From Vicugna vicugna (taxonomy: Eukaryota): a DNA stretch of 64,000 nucleotides. The stretch is from NCBI GenBank assembly GCA_013265495.1, contig MU058289.1:124001-188000 (forward strand), written 5' to 3'. Shown here in pieces: positions 1-13,635 of this stretch; the first letter of the stretch is position 1, and each line of letters starts with the position of its first letter. A model generated the notes under the pieces. That model saw nothing but the letters and a program-made list of their open reading frames with translations. It made no database searches and was not told where the DNA came from. A program made the position numbers and the translations under genes.

Positions 1-1270
1 AGCTGGTATTACCTTAACACATTGACCACCGTCCCCCTTTCCCTTCTGGGCCCTTTGATATTTAAACTTATGTACCAGGTCATCCTATAGTTTCCAATCT
101 GTAATTGTGGTTGACTTGCACATAGCAAGTGGCGGTTTCCTATTTAGAAATTACCAGCATGGTCCCTTCCATTGCCATCAAAAACTTCAGTGTTTCCCCA
201 TGTTGTGACGGGGAGAGCTTCTTCCATGCTGACAGCTGGACAGCATTCCAGCACACCCTGCCAGTTTGTGTTTAGATCCCCCACTGCAGTTTGGCAGATC
301 CTCATACACAGTGATGCTGTGACCCTTGCTTGGAGCTCAAAGGTATGATCTAGGGTGACCAGTGTGTCTCGGAGAGCACGTGATCATCTTCCTGCCCCTT
401 TCCTTTGGCCTCATCACATGAAGGTGCACACGGGGCCTAATCTTAAAGTGATCCTCAGGTCCTCAACTCTGATCCGTTAGCTGAGCTCATTCTGCTGAAC
501 TTTGGCTGATCTTAGGTTGGTAGGTGCTGGGTGAGAATGTGGGGATATCTCCGCTGACGCTCTTCTTTCTGACAACTCTGTCCCATGGAAGGACCTAAGC
601 CTTGGGATCCTTTCATAACGTAACCAGTTTTGTTTTGTTTTGTAGATTGACAGCTTCATTGATTTGTGTGTGTGTGTGTGTGTAGGTGTGTATCTAGTCC
701 TGGTAGGTGTTTGATGTGAATCTGTGTGTTAGTGTGGCTCCCCTGTGTGTGAGGGAGAGACTCTTTGTGCACATGTGACCTCTAGCGTCTGTGTTTTGGA
801 TGTGTCTCTAGTGTCTGAGCGTGAGTCCAGTGTGCGGATGTTCTGTATACCTGAGTGTGTCCATGTACATTACGCTGGGCATCAGATATGTACACATCAG
901 GCTGCATGTGGATGTGAGCAGCTTCCTCAAGGATCCCTTCCGCTCTCAGGCATTTCAACCTCACGCTGCTTCCTGTGGTTGCTCCCATCACTGCCAGCTC
1001 CTCCAGAAGTTATAATTAAGTAACTGCAAAAATCAGGTAGAATCCCACAGATAGTCACTCCATCAGGAATCCCTTCAAGTTGCTAATGAGGGGGTACTGC
1101 ACATGCAGACACGTATGTGGTGGATCAGGCTCCCTAGAACGCACGGGCCGCATGCGCACACATCACATACCTGAGAGCACAGGGCTCTCTGCCCAGCTCT
1201 GCAGTGTCTGAGGGACCTCATGCTACTTCTAAAAGACCTCAGCTTTCTGTCTTCTTTCAAGTATTAAGTG
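1..1270. mobile_element. Probable degenerate ERV/LTR-derived sequence
   Basis: Composition resembles a retroviral leader/internal segment; no intact ORF; family not identified. Confidence 0.3.
666..684. repeat. (TG)n microsatellite
   Basis: Direct reading. Confidence 0.9.
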
Positions 1271-1384
1271 AACGGTCAGGTCCCCCATACACAGGGACAG
1301 TGGTAGAACCACCTGCTGACCCCTCGATATCCCTTTCCCTCAGCTTCTGTAGTACAGGAACTTCTGAGAGGTGTCTAGGCAATG

Positions 1385-1726
1385 GCCACCCAGAATACAA
1401 ACTACATTTCCCAGCCCTCTTTGTGACCACAAGTGGTCACGTGACAGAACACTGCCCAGTGAAATAGGAACAAGCTTTGAGTTGTTGGTACAGATTCCTT
1501 AAAAGCAAGGGGTCTCCCCTCTCCCTCCTCTCTTCCTGGCGCCTGGAGTAGAGGGTGGGAGTCAGGAGCTGGAGATCCGTGGAGATGGAGGCTGGCCTCT
1601 GACACGGAGGGGTCACCATATTAGCTCTTGGTGATTACATGAGAAAGAAAGAAACTTCAATCTTGTTTAAGCCACTATTATTTTGGGCTTCTTTATCGTA
1701 ACTGCACAACATTACATTAACTGATA
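1385..1726 (+). mobile_element. MaLR LTR (MLT1-type)
   Basis: actacatttcccagcc...gtggtcacgtgac...aaacttcaatcttgtttaagccact...aactgata, typical MLT1 motifs. Confidence 0.7.
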
Positions 1727-1897
1727 AAGGACAAAGGAGAGCCTCACGGGCCTCCAGCTACCAGCTAAGGGATAAAGCCTCACCCTGCCCAACCTTGATT
1801 TCGCCCAGCCTCCTAGCTCACCTTCACCTACCCAGCTGTCCCCCAGCCCCTCCTATAATCATCAAGTCCTCCAAACACCTCCCAGGTTTCTGGCAGA

Positions 1898-1903
1898 TTT
1901 AAT
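1898..1903 (-). terminator. Candidate TBCB poly(A) signal ATTAAA
   Basis: tttaat on + reads ATTAAA on -, about 140 nt after the TBCB stop. Confidence 0.6.
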
Positions 1904-2041
1904 ACACAGGTCTCAAAAGTCAATGGCAACGGTGATGAGAATAAAATAAAAACAGGGTCAGGGGAGAGGGCCGTGGGCACACATACGGAAGGGCAGTGAG
2001 TAGCAAGTCAGCTAGAGCAGGGGGGTGCCCTTCGTTGGGCG

Positions 2042-5000
2042 TCACATCTCGTCCAATCCGTAGTCCTCCTCGGGGAAGTCCCCCACTGTCACAACGGATG
2101 GCTTGATGAAGGCGCCGTACTTGGCCTGGCATTCAAAGTAGCGTTTTCCATTCACGCTGCAGAGTACGATGAGGGAGGCAGTGTCGGGGGCTCGTACACC
2201 GGATGCAAGTACAGGCGGGTTCACCCGGCAGCACGCGCACGCACTTACTCATCAATGCACACATATTCGTGTGCAGGCAGACACACACACACACACACAC
2301 ACACTCACTCACTCCTCAGTGGGCATCTTTACCTGCCATCGTTCTTCCCGAGTGGCTCATCATAGCGGACGCCAATCCAGTAGCCAGGCTTGAAATCTGT
2401 GAGTCCTGCCCAGGGGAGAAATGCCAATGAAACCTCTGGACACAGCTGCCCCCAGACTCATGCCTGCCTGCTGAGTGTAAAGTCTGTCCTAGCACAAACA
2501 CTCCCTGCTGCCACCCAGGACAACCGCCATCTCCTGCCCACACCAATATGGTCTCCCCATTCCTACCCCTGACCTCTTAGTCACTCAACACCCCCAGCCA
2601 AATGGGGTTTTGTAAAAATCAAAGCGAAGGGGGCAGGGGGTACAGCTCAGTGGTAGAGCACATGCTTGGTGTGCACGAGGTCCTGGGTTCAATCCCCAGT
2701 GCCTCCACTAAGGGGTTAAAAAAAAAAATTTTTTTTAATTGAAGGGAAATAGTACCCCGGCCTTGCCCCCACATTCCTCAAGGGCTGCCCATCCCACTCA
2801 GCATAAAATCCACACTGCTTATGGTCAAATGATTTCTGACAAGGGTGCCAAGATAGTTCAATGAGGGAAAAACAGTCTTCAACACAACACATCGGGACAA
2901 GTAGACATCCACGTGCAAGAGAGTGAAGTTGGACTCCTACGTCACTCCACACGCAACAAACAACTCAAAATGGGTCAAAGACCTAAAGGCACGATGCAAC
3001 ACTATAAAACCCTTAGAAGAAAATACAGGTATAACTCTTTGTGACCTTGGTTTAGGCATTGGTTTCTTAGCTATAATACTATAGGCACAAGTGAGAAAAG
3101 AAAAAATAAACTGGACTTCATAACAGTTTAAAACTTTTGTGCTTCAAAGGACACTATCAAGAAAGTAGAAAGACAACCAACCCACAGAATGAGAGAAAAT
3201 ATTTGCAAATCATATACTTGCTAAGGGCACTGTATCTAGAATATATAAACATCTCTTACTAGTTGTTATGGGCTGAATTGTGTCCCCTCAGATTCACATG
3301 TTGAAGCCCTAACCTCCAGAACCTCAGAGTGTAACTGTATTTGGAGACAGGGCCTTTAGAGAGATGATTAAGTTAAAAGGAGGTGGGATCTAATCCAAGC
3401 TCACTGGTGTCTTCCTAAGAGGAAATCTGGACAGACTCCAGGGATGTGCTCACATACAGAGGAAAAGCCTCTGTCTTTCTGAGGACACAAGCCACGGAGA
3501 GGGGCCTCAGAAGAAACCAAACCTGCCAAGGCCTTGATCTTGGACTTCCATCCTCCAGAACTATGAGAAATAGATTTCTGTTGTTTAAGCCACCCACTGT
3601 GTGGTACTTTGTAATGGCAGCCCCAAGAAACAGCAGCAAAAAGATGAACCACCCAATTAAAAAATGGGCGAAGGATTGGAATAGCCATTTCTTTAAAGAA
3701 GATGGCCGTTAAGCACCTAAAAAGAGGCTCAGTATCATGAGCCATCATAGAAATGCAAACTCAAACCGTAATGCTCTCCCACTTCACATCCATTAGAATG
3801 GCTATGATCAGGAGGGAGGGTGTAGCTCAGTGGTAGAGTGTGTGCTTAGCATGCAGGGGGTCCTGGGTTCAAGCCCCAGTACCACCATTAATAAATAATA
3901 ATAATGAAAAATAAATAAATGAACCTAATCCCCCTCCCCAAAAAACAAAACATTAAAATAACAATTATAAATTATTAAAAAAAAAAAAGAATGGCTATGA
4001 TCAAGAAGAGAGTAGTAAGTGTTGGTGAAGATGCAGAGAAATTGGAACCCTCATTACTGCTTCTGGGAACGTTAAATGGTGCAGCTACTGTGAGAAACAG
4101 TGTGGTGGTTCCTCAAAAGGTTAAACACAGAGTTGCTATGGGATCTAGCAAGTCACTCCTAGGCAGAGAGAAAGGAAAACACCTGTCCACCTAAAAATTT
4201 ACACAAGGATATTCATAGCAGCATCATTTATAATAGTCAAAAAGTGGAAAGGACCCATCCTTCAACTGATGAATGAATAAATAAAACGTGGTACTGCATA
4301 CAATGCAACATTATTTGGTAATAAAAAGAAATACTGCTACATGCTACAACATGGATGAACAAAAGACCACATATTATGTGAGTCCATTAATATGAAACTT
4401 CCAGAGTAGGTAAATCTAGAGAGACTGGACGTAGATTAGTGTCCACCTATGTGGACTGGGGGAGCTGGCCTTTCTGAAATGGGGAGTAGCTGCTAATGGT
4501 TATAGGGTTTCTTTTTAGGGTGATGAAAACGTGAATTGACTGTGGTGATGGCCGCACAATTTGGTGAATATACTAAAAACTAATGAATGGTACACTTTTA
4601 ATGGGTGAGTTTTATGGTATATAAACTATACCTCAATAAAGCTGTTATTTGAAAAAAAAAAAAAGATCCACATTGTTCTCCACTGTCTTCGAGGTCCAGG
4701 ATGGTCCAGCCTCACCCAGGCCCCGGATCTGACATCTTACCTCTCCCCTTGTTCCCTCCCCACTAGCCATGCTGACTTCCTTTCTCGGCCTCAAACAGGC
4801 CAAGCTTGTTCCTGCTTGTGGAACAAGCCTTTCCATGAGGAAATGGCCTTTGCACTCCCTGCTCCCTCTGGCTGGGATGCTCTTCCCTCCTTTTCGCCTC
4901 CACTTATCCCTTTCTTTCAGTCCTTCCTCTAGGAAGCCTTCCTGGATTACTCTCAAGGTGGGTATTTCCCCTCAGCCCACAAAGTCCCGAGATTCCCTCA

Positions 5001-8000
5001 CCCCTGTACCGGTCACTTCAGCCTGTGCTCCCCCCATCACAGACCTAATAATCTTGTCTGTTTCCCCATCTGATCACTGTGCGCCAAGCTTTCATCTCAG
5101 AACCGAACACTCTGGCCTCTGCTTCCGCCGTCACAACCCAGGTCACTCTGCTTCTGCATCCCACTTCCCTGCTGTGAATGTACTGGGTGTCAGTCAGCCC
5201 CTGGGTCCGTCTCCCCTGCTGGACAGAGGTCTCCTGCAGGGCTGGGTCCCCCAGCTGCCCACCCCGGGGCTACGTACCTACATACATGACGGTGCCCCGG
5301 CGAGGGGGCTGCCCGGGCGCCCGCACCTCACAGCGGCTGCCCACGGCGATGGCCCGGGCCTGGGCCTCCTCCTCGCTGAGGCGCTGGGCGCTCTCGGCCT
5401 CCTGCTGTGCCCGTTCTTCTTCGTTGTATCTGCCCAGCTTGTTGCGCTTCAGGAAGGAGCGGACTGAGTCTGTGGGGGGACGGGGAACAGGAGTCAGATA
5501 CCGTCTCCCAGGGGCGGGGTGGGGCGCTCTGGTCTGATGAGATAACCTGCCAGCCCCACCGGGCCAACATTCAGAGAGAAACTCTTCCTTTCTGGGTGTC
5601 GAAGGGCTGTCGCCCAAGCCCTCCAAGTCTCCCACCATAGCCCTGGCCTCTCCCCAGGACCCCTGGGGCCCCCACAACTGAGAAACTAAAGGGAAGATGC
5701 CTGTAGTCTTTCACATTTACTCCCTCTTCCCGCATCCCTTCAGTATCATAGTCTCCTCCATCCAGCCCAAAACCCTCATCTGCCCCACTACACATTCTGA
5801 TGTGTCCCCATACGCCTGCACTGACCACCGCACGGCCCTGTCCTCCACGTATTCCGCGTGCTCTGTCCCCTTCAACACGCCCTCAGTGTGACCCTGACCA
5901 TCCCACCCCCCACTAGACCTTCCTCTCCACTTTCCCATGGCCCTGCCTGCTCACACCCCCTCACACCTCCCAGCCCCGATTAGCACCCCACGCCCACCCA
6001 CCATCTCCTGCTCTGAGACCCATCTGGCCCCAAATCAACCTCACCCCACCCCCTCCACTCTCTCATGCCTTCCTGCCCCCACTGCCTCCACCACTGACTT
6101 CCTCTCGATGTCCCTGCCTATCCTGTTTGCCCCCCACAGCTCTGCCCCCTGCCCCCGTGGGCACCCCGTACCTTGCCTCTGGTCATACGCTTCTTGTGAG
6201 ATCTTGTATTTCTCCACCTTGGACATGTCCTCATACTCCCCAAGGTGGGCACCACTGTGGTCAATGACCTGCAGAGAGGGGAGGGAGGTCAGTGGGGATC
6301 AGGGTCTGGCCAGGGAGGCCACGATGCTGTTGGGGGTGAGTGTGGCTGTACACTGGAGTGTTTTGTAGATTTAAGTCTCTCCTGTCTTGGAAAAACTGCA
6401 TTCCTCTACCCTCACCTTTACTCCAGCCCTCTCTCCTCCCCGATCCCAGCCGAAGGGGTAAGAGCAGGTGTCTACAAATGGCCAACTTCCCTTCGGCGCC
6501 TGCCTCCAGACGACCCCTACGTGCTGGCATCCACATCCCTAATGGCCCCGGGACACTGGAACTGGAGGGCAGAGCTCGGGCCTTGCTCATGAGCCCTGTG
6601 GGCCTCTGTAATCCACTTAGGCTGGCCCCAACTTCCAGGTCCTGGAGCATCTCTTCCTGTACCCTCCCCAACATTCATTCACTCATTGCCTGCTGAGCTC
6701 CTCCAAGGCACACAGCTGGGCCCTGGGCTGGGTACCACGGACACAGTGCAAAACAGACCAACCCCTGCCCTCAAGGAGTACTCATTCTGCTGGGAGATCC
6801 ATCACAAACAAATGCACAGAGATGTGTATTAAACCCTAGATGATAACAAGGTTCTATGCAGAAAAATACAACAAAGAGGCTTCTGAAAGGAGGGCATTTC
6901 TGAGACAAGGCCTGAAGGAACAACAGGCACAAAGTCTCAAATGCAGAAACTTCCTTAGCCCTTTGAGGAGCAGCAGGGCCAGTGTGGCAGGAGTGGCGTG
7001 AGCCGTGGGGAGATGGGGAGACACAACAGATCATTGTAGACTCTGGCTTTTACCCAGAATGAGATGGAGCGACACAACAGATCATTGTAGACTCTGGCTT
7101 TTACCCAGAATGAGATGGAGCCAGGGAAGGGCTCAGCCAGGAGAGCGCTGATCTGACTCAGGGGTTCACAGGCTCCTTCAGCTGAGTGTGGAAAGCAGAT
7201 GGAGGGGCATAGGGACAGGAACCGGTAGACCAGGGAGGAGGCTGTGTGATGGTCCAGGAGGGAGAGGATGGAGGCTGGGCTTGGGTGGGGGCAGTGAAGA
7301 GAGGAGAGTTTAGATTCTGGATAGTTTTTGTGGGTGGAGCCCACAGGGTCTACAGAGATGGGATGCAGGTGTGAGGGAAAGAGGGGGGTCACAAAAACTC
7401 TGAATTTTCTGGCCTGAACCACTGGGCTAATGTGGCAAAACAGAAACGACCCATATCTCTGGTCAAGAATTTTTAAGAATTTCTACTCTCTATATTAGGG
7501 ATTTTTGTCAGTTTGAGGTTGCTGTCATTCACTGCTGCAAGAAATATAACTGATATGTATAAATAGAAAAACAATTTTAGAAAAATTACAAACTCTCCAG
7601 AGGCCCCACCTCTGGGGAACCTTCCTTGTATGACCTCAGTAGTCAGCAGCGTATCGATACCTGAATCCATGAGTGAAACCTTCCTGTTTGAGGATGCCAC
7701 TGCCCATGCCTGACCCACCAGTATCCCTAAGCTGAGACTGCCCAGTTTAGCTCAAAGGTAGTCCTATGGGCTCAGCACAATCCTGACCTGCTCCCACTAT
7801 GGTCCAGGACCCCATCACCTTATCTGGGCTATGGAAGCAGCCTCCTCCCTGGCCTCCCCACTTCTCTTGTCCTCCATAATCTGTTCTCCACACACAGTCA
7901 AAAGGAGCCCATGAACAACTGAGTCAGACCAGGATTCCCAAGCTCAGAGCCCTCCCCTCACTCCCACTTCCTTCCCACAAGAGGAGAGGTCATTTTTCAG

Positions 8001-9905
8001 CCCCTAAACCCACTGTGCCCCCTCCCACCTCAGAGTGTTTGCACAAGCTGTGCCCTCTTAGAGTACCCTTTGCCCTTTTTCAGTTAACTCTTCCTATTCT
8101 TCAGGCAGCACCTCCTTGAGGAAGTCCTCCTGGATCTCATTGCTGGGTCAGGTCCCTTAGTATAGATCTCCTGGCTCCGTGATCTCCTCCTGCATGGCCC
8201 TCTCACTGACTCTTCACACTTGTTCCAGTGAGTATTTAGCTAACGCTGGACAGAGCTGAAACAGAGACCTCATCAGACTTGGTTCACAGCTATATCCCTG
8301 ACAGAACACGTGTTCAATGAACAGTTACTGAATAAATGAAACAGATAAAACAGAACCAGTTCTCTGGGTACACTGACTTCTAGAGCCACACAGAGGTAAA
8401 AATTCTAGATGTAGTTCCTCCTTAGGAAAGTAAATTCCATCCTGAAACTAAGTTTTCTCTTCTGCAAAACAGGGTTAATTATACTATCTTCCAACTCTTA
8501 TTTAATGGATTCAACTCATGATTCAACAACGATTTGCTGAGCATCCTCTCTGTGCCAGGCACTGTTCCAGGAAAATGCGCAGTATGTCACAGTGATTAGT
8601 GTGAAGGACAAAAGTCAAAGTGCAAAAGGGAGGAGGTTTAAATTTTATACTGAGGGCAATGAAACCCTCACACTCAAAAAGTGACATTTAAATAAAGACT
8701 AGAAGGAAGGAGTGAGCCATGTGGGCACAGAAAAAAGAGCCATTCAGGCACAGGGAATAGCACATGTAAAGCTCACTTGTCTGAATTTTTTGGGGGGAGG
8801 CTGAGGATAGAGAGGATGATGTGAGCTGATGCATGCAGAGGTCCTCCGTGTCCTGGCTTCTCCCACCTTGTCCAGCCTCATTGCTCACCCTGACCCACCT
8901 CACACTCTGTTCCCCCTGCCTGGCATGCCCCTCTCACCTCTTCTCTTGGGTTGCCCTTTCCTCATCCTTCAGGTCTCAGCTCAGGCATCCCTCCCTTTGG
9001 GAAGCCCCTCCTGATACTCCCAGAGGGAGTCAGGCACCTCTTCTGGATGCCTCTAGACACCCTAGGTTTTTCTCAGCCCAGTCCAGACCGCTCTGGCTGC
9101 CAGTGTCTGGTGATGTGTTGGTCTCTCTCCCTGCTAGACTGGGAGCTCCGTTAGGTTAAGGCCTATTGTGGTTATCACATAGTGCAAAGCACAGCAAGCA
9201 GAGGTTGAAAAAATAGAAGAACGGAGGGGAAGGATCCCAGATAGGAAGGCCTCACATGGATGCGACAGCCGTCATCTACGGGGTAAGAGCCCAGCAGTGC
9301 ATCTTCCTGATCCAGCTTGCTGTAGAACTTGTCGTCAGGTCCATACAGTTCCAGTTCCATGCAAGAAGCAGGGCAGCCCACAATCAGCTGTAGTTTACCC
9401 TGTGGGGGTACGAGATACGGAGGAGAGAGGAAGAGGTGGAAGGCTATCAGTGGACCCGCCCATTGCCATGAGGCTCTGCCCTTTGTATCAAGAACCATCC
9501 TTGCTCCCCCAAGAGACACACCATTTTGGACCCACCTGGTTATCCCTGGCCCCGTCCCCTTGGGTCTCGGCCCCTCACCCCGGAATATCTGATGTTCCCT
9601 GGCTCCGCAACCATTCTCTGGAACTTCAAGTTCCCTCTGGCCCCGCCCGGCTAAGGTCGCGTTCCCCAAACTCTGAAACCTCGGTTTGTCTCTGGCCCTC
9701 TTCCCGCGTTGGGGAAGACCCTCTATTTCTCCTTGGCCCCACCCCTTAACACTACGCCCCGCCCCTCCGTACCCCGCCCCCACGGCCACACCTTGAACTC
9801 AGCTATGGTGAGGCTGCGACTGTACCGCTTCTGGGAGCGGAAACTGTTGAGGGAACTGCTGATGAAAACGGTCACTGTGGGCGCCGACAAGCCCGTCACC
9901 TCCAT
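2042..9905 (-). CDS. TBCB: Tubulin-folding cofactor B (Ubl + CAP-Gly), 6 coding exons, 244 aa
   Basis: Exons 9792-9905, 9256-9399, 6172-6268, 5278-5469, 2333-2405, 2042-2156 total 735 nt, all introns GT-AG. Protein runs [20 protein letters not shown]...; CAP-Gly motif [21 protein letters not shown]; ends EEDYGLDEM*. Confidence 0.97.
2281..2313. repeat. (CA)n/(CACT)n microsatellite in TBCB intron 5
   Basis: Direct reading. Confidence 0.95.
2629..2728 (+). mobile_element. tRNA-Ala-derived SINE (Vic-1-like)
   Basis: A box (tacagctcagtggtagagc), B box (gggttcaatccc), A-rich tail. Confidence 0.8.
3263..3632 (+). mobile_element. MaLR solo LTR (MLT1A/B/C-like) nested in L1
   Basis: Starts tgttatgggctgaattgtgtcccc; ends gtttaagccaccc...gtggtactttgtaatggcagcc. 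Confidence 0.85.
3811..3987 (+). mobile_element. tRNA-Ala-derived SINE (Vic-1-like) with 16-bp TSD
   Basis: TSD agaatggctatgatca at 3795-3810 and 3988-4003; tRNA-Ala-like head; aacctaat tail motif; poly(A). Confidence 0.9.
6672..7430 (-). mobile_element. L2 fragment
   Basis: cattcattca terminus; gagcagcagggccagtgtggcagg and ttttctggcctgaacc L2-type motifs. Confidence 0.7.
7020..7121. repeat. Perfect 51-bp tandem duplication
   Basis: 7020-7070 is identical to 7071-7121. Confidence 0.95.
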
Positions 9906-10591
9906 CTCGCCGCGCCCTGCCGGGGCCCGCAGCCCGATCAGCCGCCTCACACCAGCGTCGCAGCAGCCGCCGCCGCCGCCGCCGCCGCCGCTTCTGGGAT
10001 ATTAGCTCCGCCCCCTGCTCCCGGGCCTGGCCAATCCACGCTCTCAATCCAGGAGGGTCCGCCAATAGCCGCATCTCTTTTCCGCCCAGGAAGCGGGCTC
10101 TCCCGTGGTCTTGGGTAGGCCCAGCCAATCCTGAGAGAGCTTCCACGGCGCGCAGTTTTCCCAACAGCCACAAGGGAAACAGCCGGGGCGGACGAAGGCT
10201 GAAGCCGAGGACTAGCAAGCGCTACCCGAGTACCCGAAGGGTAAACTCGCGCATGTACACTGGCCTTCAGCCTGCAGAGTAACGGCTTCTTCATTTTCGC
10301 TCAGCGCTTTGCCGATTACGTGACGCATGCTGTTCCCGGCTCTGGCATCACTCTATTCTGTAAACTGGAGAAGCGAGGCCCAGAAGGTGGAAGCAATTAT
10401 TGTGATATATCAAAAGACTGAAACAAGTAATTAATCAAACCTCAGGTCAGGGAGCCAAGCGCAAACCCGCCGGGAGCCAGTACGTGTGCGCAGCTCCGCC
10501 CCTCTTTTGGCGAAGCTACGAGGTCTGATCCTTCTCGCGACCTGTCGCGTGGCGGAGCAAACGCGGAAGGCCGTGCTGGCGGTGAGTCGCT
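9906..10591. promoter_or_regulatory. CpG-rich bidirectional promoter and 5'UTRs, TBCB/POLR2I
   Basis: Divergent ATGs 686 nt apart. CCAAT at 10031, 10062, 10125; GC box near 10006; TTACGTGACG near 10317; TCTCGCGA at 10533; CGGAAG near 10564. Confidence 0.85.
9966..9989. repeat. (GCC)8 / (GGC)8 trinucleotide repeat upstream of TBCB ATG
   Basis: Eight uninterrupted GCC units read directly. Confidence 0.95.
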
Positions 10592-11761
<1,170 letters not shown>

Positions 11762-11779
11762 ACCATCCTCCCCCTGTGT

Positions 11780-11785
11780 AATAAA
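11780..11785 (+). terminator. POLR2I poly(A) signal AATAAA
   Basis: AATAAA 18 nt after the stop, followed by GT/T-rich sequence. Confidence 0.8.
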
Positions 11786-11814
11786 AGCAGTGTTCTGTGC
11801 GCGCATGTCTTCTG

Positions 11815-11820
11815 TTTATT
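11815..11820 (-). terminator. OVOL3 poly(A) signal AATAAA
   Basis: tttatt on +, 34 nt after the OVOL3 stop. Confidence 0.75.
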
Positions 11821-11854
11821 TGCCTCTCATGGGTTGGATGCGAGATGCACCATG

Positions 11855-13635
<1,781 letters not shown>

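Larger units (their letters stand above)
2820..4663 (+). mobile_element. L1 (L1MB-like) ORF2 3' end and 3'UTR, interrupted by an MLT1 LTR and a SINE
   Basis: L1 hallmarks: gacaagggtgccaag, gagaaaatatttgcaaatcatat, atgctacaacatggatgaac; ends ctcaataaagctgtt plus A-tail. Confidence 0.85.

Noticed and set aside
3816..3887. Apparent tRNA-Ala(AGC) gene
   Set aside because: Stem mismatches, SINE tail, poly(A) and 16-bp TSD show it is a SINE.
4769..5467. 232-aa + strand ORF
   Set aside because: Antisense to TBCB exon 4 plus repeat-like intron; no recognisable domain.
9906..9950. N-terminal extension of TBCB from an upstream GTG
   Set aside because: The ATG at 9905 already gives the expected 244-aa protein; nothing supports the extension.
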